Source: a virus (taxonomy: Duplodnaviria > Caudoviricetes). Taken from it: a DNA stretch of 62,073 nt. The DNA lies in IMG/VR virus record IMGVR_UViG_3300045918_000207, positions 1 through 62,073 of that record; one strand, written 5' to 3'. The notes below the pieces were generated by a model that saw only the letters and a list, made by a program, of their open reading frames with translations, had not been told where the DNA came from and did no database searches. A program made the translations under genes and the position numbers. Below, in pieces: positions 17,215 through 29,500 of the stretch (positions are counted from its first letter, which is position 1; the number at the start of each line of letters is the position of its first letter).

Positions 17215-20200
17215 ATGTTAAATTCAAAGAAATATTTCCTACCTAATTGTGGTTTTAACAATGATGATGCGTTAAATGTATTGTCAGAAGAAGAATATAC
17301 GAATTTGCAAAATGCACGTATTGGATTAAGTGAATTAGGTAAGGCTAATAGGTTGGAGAATTTAAGAGGTACAACACAGGTTACAAATAATAAACTTCCA
17401 CCTTATGGTACAATGTTTACATTTGGAAGTTGTGTAGATAGTGCAAGAAATTATATTATTTATGCAGATTATTGTAGTCATGGCGACCACGGAATTTATG
17501 CGTATGATACGGTAGCGGGTACTACCTATGCGGTAGTATATGATAGTCAGATAATTGGTGGGTTGGGTTTCTCAAAAAGCTATAGGATTGACCGCAATAT
17601 GTATGTTGTGGGAGATTTACTCTTTTGGTCTGATGGATTAGGAGAACCACGCTGCATTAATTATATAGCAGGGATTAAGTCAAATCAATCAAGCTATGTT
17701 ACCGATGTAGCACCGTATTACTTCCCTATTAAATATCAATCTTCAACGGTTATAGTACGTCCACCTATTTATATTTTAACGGCAACTAAACAAACGGATA
17801 GTGGATTTTCAAACAACTTTATTAAATTAAATTCGTACCAGTTTACCTATCAGTATGTGTTTATTAATAATCAATATTCAGCATTAGCAGATTTTAGTTT
17901 ATCAGTACCGTACAATTCAAGTGCAGATACATATAATAATATACTTGTAAAAGTACCATTTGCAGAGTTTATTGATAATGAAGTACAGCAAGTTAATTTG
18001 ATTGCTAAGTATGGTAATACGGGTAAATCATTCACTATAAAATCATGGAACAAAGATAATAGTGCAGATGCAGCAGCTATCTTTAGTCATAATTTAGGTA
18101 ACGTACAATTACAATATACATTCTATGATAACGTTGCAGGGGTAGCAGTAGACGATGTAACTTCTGTTACTCAATATAGTAATGTACCACTTACTTCAAA
18201 GACATTAGTACCTGCAAAAAATAGATTGTTCTTAGCTAATAATAAGTTGGGATATGATACACCAATGGCAACAAGTAGCTTATCTGTAACTACGGGTACT
18301 TCGGGTTCTGATACTGTTATTTTTAAAAGTGGTGGTACGATAAGATTAAGCATACAGTTTTTTGATAGATTTAAAAGAAAATGTGGTGCTATTGTAAGTA
18401 GTGTTTCTGTAACCATACCTATTAGGACATATACCCAAACTACTTTTTATAACGCAATAAATTGGGCTTTAAGTAATACAAACGCTCTTACTGAAATACC
18501 TGATTGGGCTTATTACTATCAAATACTTTGGACTAAAAACCTTATCAATTCATTCTTTATTCAAGGTATGGTACAAGATATGTACTATGCAGAAAAAGAT
18601 AATGACGGAGTTTATACGTTTACCCAAACAACTTTTAATTCTGTTTCTACAAAAGCATTGGCAGTAAGTTTAGCTACATTAAATTCATTAGGTATAGGAT
18701 ATACTTATACAGAAGGTGATTTAGCTATTATATATAGATATACTGATGTAAACTACAATTCATCTGTATTGGGTGTTTCGGGTAATTTTGTTCTTCTTTC
18801 CCCAGTTGATATTGGAAAATTAAATAACGCATATAGTTTTTCAATAGTACCATTTTCATCAGTTAATGCCGCAGATACGCTATGGTGTCCAGTAGTATGT
18901 AACAACCCTGTTAATGGTGTTGAAATGATTGTGCAAAGCGCACCCATAGCAGGACTTAACCCAGACCCACCTGATTTGGGGGATGCAAATTATATAATAG
19001 ATAATTTAACATTTGCAACAAGGACTTTTACGGTAAGTGGTTCTGTAACATTTAATATTACAGGCACACCAATTACGTACCCTAATGTTATACTTAGCGT
19101 TTATTGTACTAAAATACCCGGAACGATTTCTGATGTGTCTATAACAACATTATTTACAGAAGCGGCTACGGCAGGTTCACATACAGTTAGTTTTTCTGCT
19201 ACAGTAACAATACCGTCAGGATATAATAGGGTCAGTTTAATATATTTTTTACCCGATGTAATAACATTTAATGCTACACTTGGTAGCTTATCGTTTATAG
19301 AAACAGGTGCTTTAAATTTACTTGAACTATACACACCAAATCAAGATACAGTTACTCAATCTTATTATGGTTATGGTAGTGTGTACGATGTAACAAACCC
19401 AACTACAAATACAAGAACATACAGTACACTTTCGGGAACAATATTAGGGGATGCTTTTAAGATTTCAAGAACAATAAACACATCTACTATTTATTATCCC
19501 GAAGCAATGTCACCAAATGATTTAAGATGGCAGCTTTGGCAAAGAAGTTTGAGTTTCTTTAACGTAGTAGATTATATAGGACAGCAAATAAAAACAGATA
19601 GTGTAGCATTTAGTGATACCTATATTAATGGTAGTAATACAAATGGGTTATGTTCATTCCAACCACTTAATCAAACGGATATTGGTTCAAGTAGTGGACA
19701 GATACAGAAACTAATATTGACAAATAAGCAACAAGAAGCAGGAACGGTAATGCTTATCCTTACAGATAATGAATGTTTATCAGCTTACTTAGGGGAAACA
19801 CAGATAGTTGCTTCTGCAAAAAATACATTCGTTTCGGTATCAGACGGTACAATAGGTACAATAAATGAATTGCGTGGTAATAGCGGTACAATGAACCCTG
19901 AAAGCGTTATTCAATACTTAGGCGAAGTATATTGGGTTGACATAAATAACGGATGGGTAACACAGTATTCAAGCAATGGTTTGTTCCCTATAAGTAGCTT
20001 TAAAATGTCACGTTTCTTCCAAAGATATTTAAAGAATTACGCAGCAGCAAGTACGGGTAATTTGGATAATATAAACGGGTTTCACCATATTTCAATGATG
20101 ATTGACCCATTCCATAAAAGGGTTCAAGTGGTATTGCCTGCACTTATCTATGAAAACTATGCAGCTACGTTACCTTCATATTCAAGTGTTCCATCTTATG

Positions 20201-20790
20201 CTACTTCAATAGTAAATAGATTTGATGCTTATGATGAATTGGGTAAAACAATGACATTTGACTTTATAAACAACAAATGGAAAGAAAGTTTTCAATACCT
20301 ACCCGAATGGAGCGAATATGTAGGGGACAAGATGTATGGGTTCAAAGCAGGGTTAATGTACATACACGATGCAGATACAACCAACTACAACAGATTCTAC
20401 GGTACAAACTATCCCGTAAGATTCATGTTCACCAATAATTTACCCCCTTCGGCAGTAAAAGATATGTTCGATATGTCTATTGAGGGTAATGTTATTCCTG
20501 ACTTTACGGTGCTTTATTCAACGTTCCCATGGACGCAAATTACAGATTTAACAAGTAGTGATTACAGGGCAGAAGAAGGGGTACAATATGCAAGGTTTTT
20601 AAGAGATAGGCTTTCTGTTAATACGGGTAGTTCAGACCCCGATTTGAACCTTAATATTGGTCAAATTGTACAGTCAGAAGTGCCACAAATACAAATCGAA
20701 TTGCAAGCATACACATCCTTAATTTATATTAACGCTATAAATGTCGGATGGGCTATTTCAAAAGGACAAGCCAAAATAGTCAATAAATGA
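17215..20790 (+). CDS. Tail nozzle/stabilisation protein (P22 gp10 / crAss muzzle-like)
   Basis: 1191-aa beta-rich protein; LFWSDG.GEPRCIN, NRLFLAN, NPESV..Y.GEVYWVD. Confidence 0.75.
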   Translation: MLNSKKYFLPNCGFNNDDALNVLSEEEYTNLQNARIGLSELGKANRLENLRGTTQVTNNKLPPYGTMFTFGSCVDSARNYIIYADYCSHGDHGIYAYDTVAGTTYAVVYDSQIIGGLGFSKSYRIDRNMYVVGDLLFWSDGLGEPRCINYIAGIKSNQSSYVTDVAPYYFPIKYQSSTVIVRPPIYILTATKQTDSGFSNNFIKLNSYQFTYQYVFINNQYSALADFSLSVPYNSSADTYNNILVKVPFAEFIDNEVQQVNLIAKYGNTGKSFTIKSWNKDNSADAAAIFSHNLGNVQLQYTFYDNVAGVAVDDVTSVTQYSNVPLTSKTLVPAKNRLFLANNKLGYDTPMATSSLSVTTGTSGSDTVIFKSGGTIRLSIQFFDRFKRKCGAIVSSVSVTIPIRTYTQTTFYNAINWALSNTNALTEIPDWAYYYQILWTKNLINSFFIQGMVQDMYYAEKDNDGVYTFTQTTFNSVSTKALAVSLATLNSLGIGYTYTEGDLAIIYRYTDVNYNSSVLGVSGNFVLLSPVDIGKLNNAYSFSIVPFSSVNAADTLWCPVVCNNPVNGVEMIVQSAPIAGLNPDPPDLGDANYIIDNLTFATRTFTVSGSVTFNITGTPITYPNVILSVYCTKIPGTISDVSITTLFTEAATAGSHTVSFSATVTIPSGYNRVSLIYFLPDVITFNATLGSLSFIETGALNLLELYTPNQDTVTQSYYGYGSVYDVTNPTTNTRTYSTLSGTILGDAFKISRTINTSTIYYPEAMSPNDLRWQLWQRSLSFFNVVDYIGQQIKTDSVAFSDTYINGSNTNGLCSFQPLNQTDIGSSSGQIQKLILTNKQQEAGTVMLILTDNECLSAYLGETQIVASAKNTFVSVSDGTIGTINELRGNSGTMNPESVIQYLGEVYWVDINNGWVTQYSSNGLFPISSFKMSRFFQRYLKNYAAASTGNLDNINGFHHISMMIDPFHKRVQVVLPALIYENYAATLPSYSSVPSYATSIVNRFDAYDELGKTMTFDFINNKWKESFQYLPEWSEYVGDKMYGFKAGLMYIHDADTTNYNRFYGTNYPVRFMFTNNLPPSAVKDMFDMSIEGNVIPDFTVLYSTFPWTQITDLTSSDYRAEEGVQYARFLRDRLSVNTGSSDPDLNLNIGQIVQSEVPQIQIELQAYTSLIYINAINVGWAISKGQAKIVNK

Positions 20791-21296
20791 ACCAAATAAT
20801 CAGAAATAACGATGCCAAAATAGATGAATTGGAAGCGGCTATGTTAGATGGTTATGAAGTAGTAGATTTACCATTGAATCATGTATTTACCCCTAAGATG
20901 TATGTAAGGCAGATATTTATGCCAAAGGGTACATTGCTAACGAGTAGGATTCATAATACAACTCACCCGTATTGTGTATCTTTGGGAAGTGTAAATGTGC
21001 AAATTGATTTAGGGGAATGGGTTACTATAAAAGCACCCTATTTAGGGGTAACAAACGCAGGAACGAGAAGGGTATTATTTATATTGGAAGATTGTGTTTG
21101 GCAGACGTTCCACCCCTTAGATTGGATTACTGGCGAAGAAAATGATTGGGATGAAGAAGAAAAACGTAAATTAGTGGATAAAATAGAAAGTATGATATTA
21201 GAACCACATATTAATGAATTAACGGGTACTGATGTTCATACTGAATATTTGCAAGAATTAAATAACAACATAAATAAACTACAATGGCATTCGTAG
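20787..21296 (+). CDS. Cupin-like phage protein
   Basis: HVFTPKMYVRQIFMPKGTLLTSRIHNTTHP...GTRRVL..LEDCVW.TFH. Confidence 0.65.
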   Translation: MNQIIRNNDAKIDELEAAMLDGYEVVDLPLNHVFTPKMYVRQIFMPKGTLLTSRIHNTTHPYCVSLGSVNVQIDLGEWVTIKAPYLGVTNAGTRRVLFILEDCVWQTFHPLDWITGEENDWDEEEKRKLVDKIESMILEPHINELTGTDVHTEYLQELNNNINKLQWHS

Positions 21297-22063
21297 GCAT
21301 AGCGATAGGCGGTGCAGCCCTTAGTGCAGGGTCAAAAATATATAGCGGTATTCAGCAGGGCAAAGCGGCTAATAAAATTAACCCGCAATACAAAGCCTAT
21401 ACAGAAAGCCCCTATGCAAAACAATCATTAGGACTTGCACAGCAAATGTTTAATGGTAGAATGGCAGGTGCAGCAGACGCAAGTAGGGGTATCCAAAACA
21501 CACAAGGAAACCAAATAGCCAATATCCAAAGAAACGCAACAGATAGTTCAACAGCATTAGCATTAGGGGCAGCAGCACAAGGTCAAGCCGATAGTTCTGT
21601 AAATAACCTTGCAATGCAGGAAGGACAATATAAAACAGGGTTACTTGATAACGTACAGAACGCTTACAACCAACTTACCAAAGAACACCAAAACATTTAT
21701 CAAGACCAATTCGATAAATACAAATTAGATTCAGCAGCCAAACAACAACTTAAAAACGCAAGTACAGCTAACATAGTAGGTGGTATTAGTGATGTAGCTT
21801 CGGGTGCATTGGGATTTGCAGGTGCAGGGATTGGCGGCGGGGGTGGTGCAATGAAATCGCTTGCAGGTGGTGTGCCAAATAGTTTAGGCAAAAACCAAGT
21901 AACACAAAATGCTGCAATGTCAAGCGGATTTGTACAGCAAACACAAGCACCACAACAATTTATGGGTAATCAAAATCCTTTATTATCAGCAGACCAAATG
22001 AATACAGGGTTTATAAAACCAAGCGAATTTACCTTCAAGAACAAATATTTTAAAACAAAATAA
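21284..22063 (+). CDS. Internal virion/ejection protein
   Basis: Gly/Ala-rich hydrophobic N-terminus, Gln/Ala-rich helical body; position after nozzle. Confidence 0.65.
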   Translation: MAFVGIAIGGAALSAGSKIYSGIQQGKAANKINPQYKAYTESPYAKQSLGLAQQMFNGRMAGAADASRGIQNTQGNQIANIQRNATDSSTALALGAAAQGQADSSVNNLAMQEGQYKTGLLDNVQNAYNQLTKEHQNIYQDQFDKYKLDSAAKQQLKNASTANIVGGISDVASGALGFAGAGIGGGGGAMKSLAGGVPNSLGKNQVTQNAAMSSGFVQQTQAPQQFMGNQNPLLSADQMNTGFIKPSEFTFKNKYFKTK

Positions 22064-23572
22064 ATGGCAGGAGATTACAATTCAGCAGAAGCCAATATAG
22101 AACTACCAAGTCAATTCGGTAGTATTGGTAATGCCTTGCAAAATTACACAGCCACTAAAGAAAGAAGGCAACAGCGTGAAGATGCTTTATCTGAAAGAAG
22201 GTTTGAATTTGACCAACGAAATCAACTTGCCCAACAAGAAAAAGCAGATAGAAACAGACTGTTTAATTTAAAGCAAATACAAGATGCTACTGCACAAAAA
22301 CAATTTGAAACACCTAACCATATAATTGATAACCAAATAGGTACAGAACTAAAATCAATACATGATGATTCTTTTCAATTTTTAGATAAAGACCCTGCAT
22401 TTGTAGACCAATACATTAAAAACAGAATAGGGAAGGTTTCTCAATGGAGTGACTTAGCAAAACAGCATGCACAACAAATAAAAGACGGGATTACAGAATT
22501 TAATAAAACAGTACCCAATACCGATTTAAACAAAACATACGAATATACAAATCAGCAGTTCAAAGATAATTTCTTCGATAAAGACCAAATGGGAAATTAT
22601 TCAGGACTTAAAGACCCACATTTAATAGCACAAAACGTAAATTATCTCGAACAGTTCAACGACCCTAATAAACTTGCAACCATTGTAAATAATACAGAAC
22701 CACTATATAAATTTTTCAAAGAGATACCAAAAGAAGCAATACATGGTAGTGAGTATGTAAATAAAAAAGGGAATGTAGTTAGCAATAAATGGTCAGGATG
22801 GGGTACACCATATACCCAAGTAGTAGGTGATGAAAATGACAAACCAACAGCCCAAGTACCATATCAAGCAGCAATGGTGACAGAACAAGGTGAACCAATA
22901 AAAATAGCTACTCCACAATTAAGACAAGCTATGATTGGTAATCCTGCCGTAGAAGCATCTTTTATAAAAGAATGGGGTAATGAAGTAGCAAGAAAAGGGT
23001 TACAAAATGTAGATTCTCATGCCTTAGATATTTTAAAAGAAAATTTCAGACATAGATTTGCAGAACAACAATTACTACCAACTCACCAAGTTAATTTAGA
23101 TGAAAAGGTAGTAACACCAACAACCAAAAATTATATAAGTACAGGTTCAAAAGAAACATCATTTAATGATATAGCCCAACAGTTAGAAGATTTTTTACCA
23201 AAAGAGGGGCTTGCACCATTAACAAGCGCACCTTCGGAAGTAAGAGAATATTTATCTAATTCAGTAAATAAAAGTAGAGGAATAGATAACCATTTAGACA
23301 TAGATAAATTAAGTGTAGTAAAGGCAAATAATGGTTCTTATAGGGTTTTGGATATGAATAATGACGGTGAAGTAGTAGGGGTATTTTCAAGAAAGGGAAT
23401 TAACCTATCGGGGGCAAAGGGGAAAAACGAAAGAGAAGCAGCTAAAAAGGATAATCAACAAGCTGCACCACAAACAAAAATGACACCTACGCAATGGAAT
23501 GATTCGTGGACTAAATTAAAAGTAGGTCAAACAATGGTAGGATTAGATGGTAAAACTTATACAAAGAAATAA
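22064..23572 (+). CDS. Internal virion/ejection protein
   Basis: 502-aa helical protein between the small ejection gene and the giant gene. Confidence 0.6.
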   Translation: MAGDYNSAEANIELPSQFGSIGNALQNYTATKERRQQREDALSERRFEFDQRNQLAQQEKADRNRLFNLKQIQDATAQKQFETPNHIIDNQIGTELKSIHDDSFQFLDKDPAFVDQYIKNRIGKVSQWSDLAKQHAQQIKDGITEFNKTVPNTDLNKTYEYTNQQFKDNFFDKDQMGNYSGLKDPHLIAQNVNYLEQFNDPNKLATIVNNTEPLYKFFKEIPKEAIHGSEYVNKKGNVVSNKWSGWGTPYTQVVGDENDKPTAQVPYQAAMVTEQGEPIKIATPQLRQAMIGNPAVEASFIKEWGNEVARKGLQNVDSHALDILKENFRHRFAEQQLLPTHQVNLDEKVVTPTTKNYISTGSKETSFNDIAQQLEDFLPKEGLAPLTSAPSEVREYLSNSVNKSRGIDNHLDIDKLSVVKANNGSYRVLDMNNDGEVVGVFSRKGINLSGAKGKNEREAAKKDNQQAAPQTKMTPTQWNDSWTKLKVGQTMVGLDGKTYTKK

Positions 23573-23575
23573 AAA

Positions 23576-26500
23576 ATGGCAGAATTAGAATACTTAGAAG
23601 AAGAACAAGATACGCAATGGAAACCACCAACCGATGCTATTGCTACTTCCAATGATAATTCATGGAAGCCACCTACTGATGCCGTTGAAAAAAAAAATCA
23701 AGTTGGGAACGTTTTAAAAAATGGTACTACACCTACTTCCCAATCCAAATCACAATTACCATCAATATTTCAAGAGGGAACAAACCTAACGAATAACAAT
23801 GCTTTCAAGCAAATAGGTAAACAAATACCACCCGAATTACAGCAAAGACACGATGAAATAACTAATAGAATTACTGAACTAAATAAACAGCCCAAACCTG
23901 AAAATCAAACACCATTACAGAAGTTTGATAATATGGCTGCACCCCTATTAGGATTTAATAGAGATATTACAGAATCAGTAAGTCCAAAGAAGCGTGGGGA
24001 AATAGACCAAATGCAAGCAGGGATGTTGCACGATGTAAATGGACATTGGGGCAACATAGTAGGTAATGTATTAGGGCAGTTTAATAATACTGCATTAAAA
24101 TTAGCTTCGGGTGGGTTATCGTTAGCTACGGATTTGAAAAATACACTTCAAAATCCCATATCAGCATCCTTACCAAGTGGAGCAACTTCCAATGAAGATG
24201 AACCAATGAATAAGTTAATTGTTGGATTAAACGGACTTCAAAAACAAACGGAACAATACATAGGTGAAAACCCATTACCAAGTTCAAATGTAATAACACC
24301 TGATACTAAATTAGGTAAAGTAAATTCATACTTAGGTACTATTACAGAAGCACTTTCTTCATTCGCACCTGATTTAGCAGCTACCATTGCATTGCCTGAA
24401 ACTAAGGTAGCACAAGGGGCAAGTGCTTTACAGAAAGTAGGTTCATTTTTAGCCAACCCTTTTACAAAGTATTTAGCTACTAAAGGTGCAATATCGGATT
24501 ATGGACAAGCAAAGCAAGAAGGCAAATCAATACCACAAGCGGCAGTATCAGGATTAAAAGGTGGTGCAGAAGGGGCAAAAACGGGTATTGAATTAGCATT
24601 GTTAGGTGCGGGTAGTGGTATGGCTACAAATGCGGTAATGAGAAAAGCAGAGCAATTAGGATTAGCAGGAACAAAGGCTATTGCTACCCGTCAATTAGTT
24701 GGATTAAGTTCTGATATAGTTGCTTACGGGTTATTACAATCTGAATTAAATTCATTAACAGAAGAAGGTAAGTTTGCCACAGCAAAACAGATAGCAGATG
24801 GGATAGGCATTGCAGCAGCATTTAGAATTAAACACGGTGCATCTGAACTATCCCAACACAGAAAGCTAAACAAAGCCATAGAAGAAACACAAAACCAAAG
24901 ACAAGGTGTAGCAATGGCAAACTTTGTAGATGCCGACCACGAAGCTATAAAGACTGTTTACGACCAACCCGAAACAGCACAAGAACTAAACTTACAAGCC
25001 TTAGATGCAGCTAAGAAAGCAAAAGAAACAAGCGACCTTTCTAAAAAACAAGAATACGTTGCCAAAGCAATTACTTTAACCAAAGCATCTAATGTAAAAT
25101 CAGTTGCAGATTTAGTATTAAACAACCCGCAAGCATTAGAAGATTTTAAAAATAATCCTGATATACCCGATGCAGTAAAAGAACCATTTTTAAAGAAAGC
25201 ACAGGAAATTACTGATTTATTAAAACCAAAAACAGAAAGTTCCACTACTGAAAATGTTCCACTCGAAACAGTTCCAGATGGGAACATTGAACAACCAACG
25301 GTATTGCAGCAAGATGTTCAAGAAGCGGAGCAGCAAGGACAGCCCGAACAAATAACCAAACCAATAGAACTATCCCCTGAAATAACTAACCCCGAACAAC
25401 CCTTAACAGAACCTACACCTTCAAATAAAATAAAAACAGAAAGTGGGAATGTAATAGAAAGGGATGTAGAAAGTGAAAAAATAAGGGGTGATGAAGGGCA
25501 TAGATTATATCAAATAAAAGATAGCAATGGGAAAAGATTAGGGAGTATTTCTTTAAATGAAAGAAATGACTTAGGTGGGTATCAAATAGAAGTAGCTACC
25601 GTTTTTAATAAAAAACAAGGAACGGGTAAAGATGCGTATAAGTCATTAATAAAATCATTAGATAAACCATTAATATCAGATAGTAGCCTAACGGCAGATG
25701 CTAAAGGTTTATGGGAATCATTAGTTAAAGATGGGTATGCTAAATATGATAAAGAAGCGGGGAAATACATTTCAATTAAACCAATCGAACAAACCCCTAC
25801 ACCTTCTACTGTAAAGAGTGGTGAAGGATTGAAAGATATAGAAAGTACGGTAAAGGCTTTAGATAAAATAAATGAAGTAGATAAAATAGGGTTTAATAAT
25901 TTAATAGGATTTGCAGACCCTAAAGTAGAAAAGGTAGGGATTAAAATACCTATTGCAGATATTAATGAAACAAATTTATATGGGCAAAAACTATCAGATG
26001 CGGTAGATAATGTAAAAAATGGTCATTCTTCAAAAGAAGTTATTTCCCCAACAGTTTATGAAGAAAACGGTAAGTATATAATCGTTGATGGTTTTCATAG
26101 AATAGCCAAAGCGAAATTAAATGGGGAAAGTAATATCAAGGTAGATATAGTATCGCCCGATACAAATAAAATATCTGAATTATATCACAAGGCAAAAGCA
26201 GATGGAAGTAACCCTGAATTTGTAAAAGAAGTAGAAAATTTAATAAATAAAAATGAAACTACCCAAGATACCAAGCAAGCAGAGGGATTGAAAGACTATG
26301 ATACAAGTCAGGTTTATTATCGTGGCAGCGAAAATCCTGAATTAGAATTAAAGGAAAGTGAAGGTCACGACCATTTTACAAAGGGGGTATCTACTACAAA
26401 GACGGAAGAATATGCTAAGTTTCATGGGGACAATGTTAAAAAATATTACGGTAAGAAAGGTGATTTTATAGAATATTTTGACTTAGTTGATAGGTACGAA

Positions 26501-29500
26501 AAAGAATTTGGAACTGATGATTGGACGGGGGAAGAATTATCTAATTATGGTAAAAAATTAGGGTTTGTTGGAAGTAGATTAAATGACCCAAATGCAGGAG
26601 TTGATTATAGATTTTTCGATGCTTCGTCTTTAAAAGAAGTACCCGCAAAAAAAGAACCAATAAAACAAAAAATAACAGTAGTAGAAGATAGAAACGATAC
26701 GCCAATTAATATAGATGATATTGGTGAAGGATTTGTATTGCATAGGGGTAGTAAGGATGGAAGTCAAGAAGGATTTAATTCATTACAGTCTAATAATGGG
26801 TACGGATATGACAAGGGAAGCGTATTAGTATCGTCTGTAATTAAAAAAGGTGCTAAAGTCTTAAAGTTAGTAGAAGGTAATACTGAAAATTACAAGAATA
26901 ATGAAAATGGCATAAATGAGTTTTATAAAATAGTAGGGGATAAATTAAGAAACCAAAAAAGTGAATGGCTTAATGAACCAGACCCGTCTGATATTACTCA
27001 AAGATTATGGGGTAACAAAGCAGCAGTTGAAAAATTAAGAAAAGCAGGGGTAGATATTGTGATTGGGAATACCATAGACGGGGTAGATGCCTTTATTGTA
27101 AACAAAGATGCAGTAGAAAAATATGATATAAATGAGCATTTTAAAAAATATGGCAGAGTAGAACCTAAAGAAGATGATGTTGCAGCTAATTTCTTGAAAA
27201 AAATTGAAGCAGAAAAAAATGAAAATTACAAAAATAATAAGCAAGCAGAAGCAGAGAAGCAACAACCTGAAAAACTTAGTGATAATAGCGGAACAGCAGA
27301 AGAAGGAAAGATTACAGAACCAACTGACAACGGAAAAGAACCACCAATAGAACCACCTACTGATAACACCTTCATGTATGAAGGTTCTAAAAAACAACGT
27401 GAATTAGGGTTACTTAATCACCTAATGAACGCTACTGAAATACCCGAAGGATATAAAAATGGGTTAAAAGAAAAAGGACTTGATTATGAAGTATCAAATC
27501 AATATGAAGCGGCTGAATCAGCCAAAGGGGTTATAAACTCTATTGGTAGAAATGATGCTATGGAAGCTGCAAGAACAGAAATGGTAGACCCATCCGTTGG
27601 TTCTGCTATATATGGTGAATCATTGAATCAAATATTTAATGAAGAACAAGCATTAAGGGCAGAGGGTAAAAATGCAGAAGCAGATATATTAGCTAAAGAA
27701 TGGTCTGATACAAGCTACGAGTATGCACAGCTATCAAATAAAAAGGGTAAATGGAACGCACAGATAGCATATTTCTATAAAACAAGTCCAATGGGATTTG
27801 TAATGAGAATTAAGGAAGCTAAAGCACAACAATTTGAAGAATGGTTTAAAAATAAAGAAGAAGGATATAAGGAAGTATTTGACGAATTACTGAAAGGTGA
27901 AGAAGGGCAAGCATTACTCAAAGAAGAAGTAGAAAAGATAAGAATAGAAGAAAGGGTAGCTGAAAGGGCAGCTAAAAAAGAAAAGGTACATAAATCCATA
28001 GACGATTGGGCTGATAAATGGATTGACAAATTAACACCTAAAGGAACGAAAGGAGTACAGAAACAAGGCATTGGAGTTCCTGAAATAATAAAAACAGCAG
28101 CAGATGTGGCTAAAAAAGCCTACGATGCAGGTATTGGTATTGAAAAAATATTGCAAGATGCAGTAAAGTATGTTTCCGAAAAATTAGAAACAGAAAATTG
28201 GGATAAGGCTGCTTTCCAAAAAGAATTATCTGAAAGACTTAAAACTGGTGGTGTTAAAACAGAAAAAACAGAAACACAGTTATTAGAAGCAAGGATAAAG
28301 GATTTAGAAAAACAAATAAGCGATTACAATAAATTAATAGAAGAAGGTGGTGGCAGAAAAAATAAGCCCAAAGAAGAACAATTTAAGGATAATGAAAAAG
28401 TAGCTGAATTAGTAAAAGAAAGAGATAGGTTAAGAAAAGAAAATGAGAAATTAGTTAGAGAAGCTACGTCTGCACCTAAAACAACTTCCGAAGAAGCACT
28501 TCAAAAAAGGATAGCCAAATTAGAAGAAGAATTAGACCGTGTAACATTTAGACGTTCAAAGGAAAAGGTAGAAAAAGGGACGGCAAAAGATAAAGAAATA
28601 ACCCAACGTGAAAAAGAGTTAAAAGAAGATATTGAGAAAGAGAATGAAAAGTGGGATGCAGAAATAGATAATGCAAGGGCAGTTGCCAAAGACTATCAAA
28701 AACTTGAAACTGAAAGAAACCGTCAATTAAAAAGGGTAACTGAATTAAAAGATAAGTTAGATGTGTTATTGGCAGGTGAATTACCTGAAACAAAAAAGAA
28801 TGAAGTAAAGGTAGATACCCCTGAAATAGAATCGTTAAAATCTGAAATTAAAGTTGCTGAAAAATCGGTGCGTGAAAGTATTGCCCACGAAAACAAATTA
28901 AAAAGATTAGAGAAAGAATTAGATAGGTTAAAAGAAAGGAAGAAACGTGAAAAAAATACCGATGATAAAAAAGAACTTACCGAAGATGAATCCGCTATAA
29001 GACAAGAAATTGAAGCCGAAAGGTTAGCGTGGAAAATAGAAGATAATATCGGTAAACTTAACGAAGAATTAGAAAGAGTAAAAAACAGGAAAGAAAAAGA
29101 AACCGAACCTAATAATAAAAGAAAACTTACCCAAGAAGAACAGTCTATAAAAGACCAAATCAAAGCAGAAAATGAAAGGTGGGCTAAAGAATTAGAACCC
29201 GCAAGGAAAGCTGCATCTGAAATAAAACGCAAACTTGCAGCTATAAAAGAATTAAATAGAAGGATTGAAGAATCTGATTACAGTAAAGAAGCGTATCAAG
29301 CTAAGAAACAAAAAACAGAACTTGATAAAGAATTGGATAAAGTAAAGGAAGCCTACAATGAAGCAAGAAAGACTTCCCAAGAATACATAGATAAAAAAGC
29401 AAAACAGTACCTAAACGGTCTTAGGAAAAGATTATCAGGATTGAATGAAAAGCAAAAAGAAGATATAGTAAGACGTTCTATTAAAAAGATAATAGATAAC

